DNA from: Octopus sinensis | Taxonomy: Eukaryota | NCBI RefSeq assembly: GCF_006345805.1 | Contig: NC_043001.1 | Span: 128,650,001-128,714,000, forward strand | Length of the DNA stretch: 64,000 nt | Reading direction: 5' to 3' | Shown: positions 62,451 to 64,000 of the stretch, piece after piece | Position numbering within the stretch: position 1 is the first letter of the stretch | Layout of the letters: every line of letters begins with the position of its first letter | The notes under the pieces: model-generated | The model's input: only the letters and a program-made list of their open reading frames with translations | Database searches by the model: none | Told to the model about the DNA's origin: nothing | Made by a program: the position numbers and the translations under genes

Positions 62451-63672
62451 GATGTCTGACTCTTTTCTTAAAAGAAGAATGAGAAATACAGGATTGATTG
62501 AACAAAAGGTTTTATTAAACTACAAACAGTACATGATACTTGTTTTTCTTGTTAGAATGAATCAGTGTTTTGTATTAAAGTAAGAATTTTGTAAGTGAAT
62601 TGAAGCTTTTATTTAATGAACTCTTTACAAATCAAACAATTCCACAGCTGTGAAGGAAGTTTCACATGAAGGGAGTACAAATGGTTAGAGTCTTAAAACT
62701 AAAACTAATGTTAATTGTAAAACTAGTGATTAGAAGAAGGTTTATATGGTTGATTAACACTTGTTAAATCTGAATGGATTTATCCTTGGTGAGTATGGAT
62801 AGTGTCTTCTGGGTGACATTGCTGCAATGAAAAAGAAATGCCAAATAAATAAATAGATAAAGTATAGCTTGAATGTGTTATATAAGAGTAAAAAAATAAA
62901 AATATAAACTACTTCATATAAGTTGCTCCAGTCCACTCAGCTGGCAAAAATGAGTAACACTGCAATGGACTGGCATCCCGTCCAGTGGTTAGGGTGTCAG
63001 CATCATGATCGTAAGATTGTGGTTTCGATTCCTGGACCGGGTGATGCATTGTGTTCTTGAGCAAAACACTTCATTTCAGTCCACTCAGCTGGCAAAAATG
63101 AGTAACGCTGTGATGGACTGGCATCCCGTCCAGCTGGGGAACACATAGGCCATAGAAACCGGGAAACCAGGTCCATGAGCCTGGCTAGGCTTTAAAAGGG
63201 CGCATGTCAAGTAGTTGCCCTACAAACCATGCTCAGATGAGATTAAATGATGTTCATATTTCTTGATGTAGAAAACTGGTACTCCATCGGTTATGACAAT
63301 AAGGGTTTCAGTTGATCTGAACAATGGAGCAGCCTGATTGTGAAATTAACATGCAAGTGGCCAAGCACTTTGCAAACATGCATACTTTTAAAATAATTCT
63401 CAGGGGGATTCAATGTGACAAAGAGTGTGACAAGGCTGGCTCTTTGAAATACAGGTACTACTCATTTTTCCAGCTGAGTGGACTGGAGCAGTATTTTGCT
63501 CAAGGACAATACATCACTGCTAAAGTAACTTTCAGTCTCTTTTCCATAAAAATGTTAACAGACAGTCTACTGTAGTCCCACTCAGTTGAAAGGGATCTCA
63601 GTCTTACAAGATACATGACAACTTCACTATTGCTGGTGCCATGGAAAAATCACTCAGTATACTCTGTCAAGT

Positions 63673-63925
63673 GTGGAGGCACGTGGCTTAGTGGTTAGGG
63701 TGTCAGCATCATGATCGTAAGATTGTGGTTTCGATTCCTGGACCGGGCAACACGTTGTGTTCTTGAGCAAAACACTTCATTTCATGTTGCTCCAGTCCAC
63801 TCAGTTGGCAAAAATGAGCAACGCTGCGATGGACTGGCATCCCGTCCAGCTGGGGAACACATACGCCATAGAAACCGGGAAACCAGGTCCATGAGCCTGG
63901 CTAGGCTTTAAAAGGGCGCATTTAT
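63673..63925 (+). mobile_element. SINE family B with 15-bp TSD
   Basis: TSD TATACTCTGTCAAGT at 63658-63672 and 63926-63940. Confidence 0.92.
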
Positions 63926-64000
63926 TATACTCTGTCAAGTAGTTGCCCTACAAACCATGCCAAAGGAGACATTGGTTCATGATGCAGTCCTCCGATCTGT

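Overview
AT-rich, repeat-dense animal genomic DNA, almost certainly octopus, judged by its tRNA-headed SINE families and (TA)n/(CATA)n microsatellites. I recognised it from sequence patterns only; no database was searched. The one well-supported gene is the 3' part of HPS5 (BLOC-2 subunit; Drosophila pink) on the + strand. Nine phase-consistent GT-AG exons from 2389 to 27909 give about 379 aa and end in a RING-H2 finger that the human protein, as I recall it, lacks. The rest is introns and intergenic DNA containing SINEs, LINE fragments (RTE, RTE-X, CR1, HERO, R2-like, R4/Dong-like), mariner/Tc1/hAT/Gypsy relics, a MITE with an 8-bp TSD and two Helentron-type elements. The most notable unexplained structures are: (1) two, possibly three, minimal type I hammerhead ribozymes in HPS5 introns, two in sense orientation and one next to a candidate poison microexon; (2) a 3.4-kb fold-back satellite of phased AAAATTTT tracts with CCGG-decamer higher-order units; (3) many short (56-470 bp) locally copied segments, two demonstrably inserted into other elements; (4) a degenerate ~115-bp repeat array.
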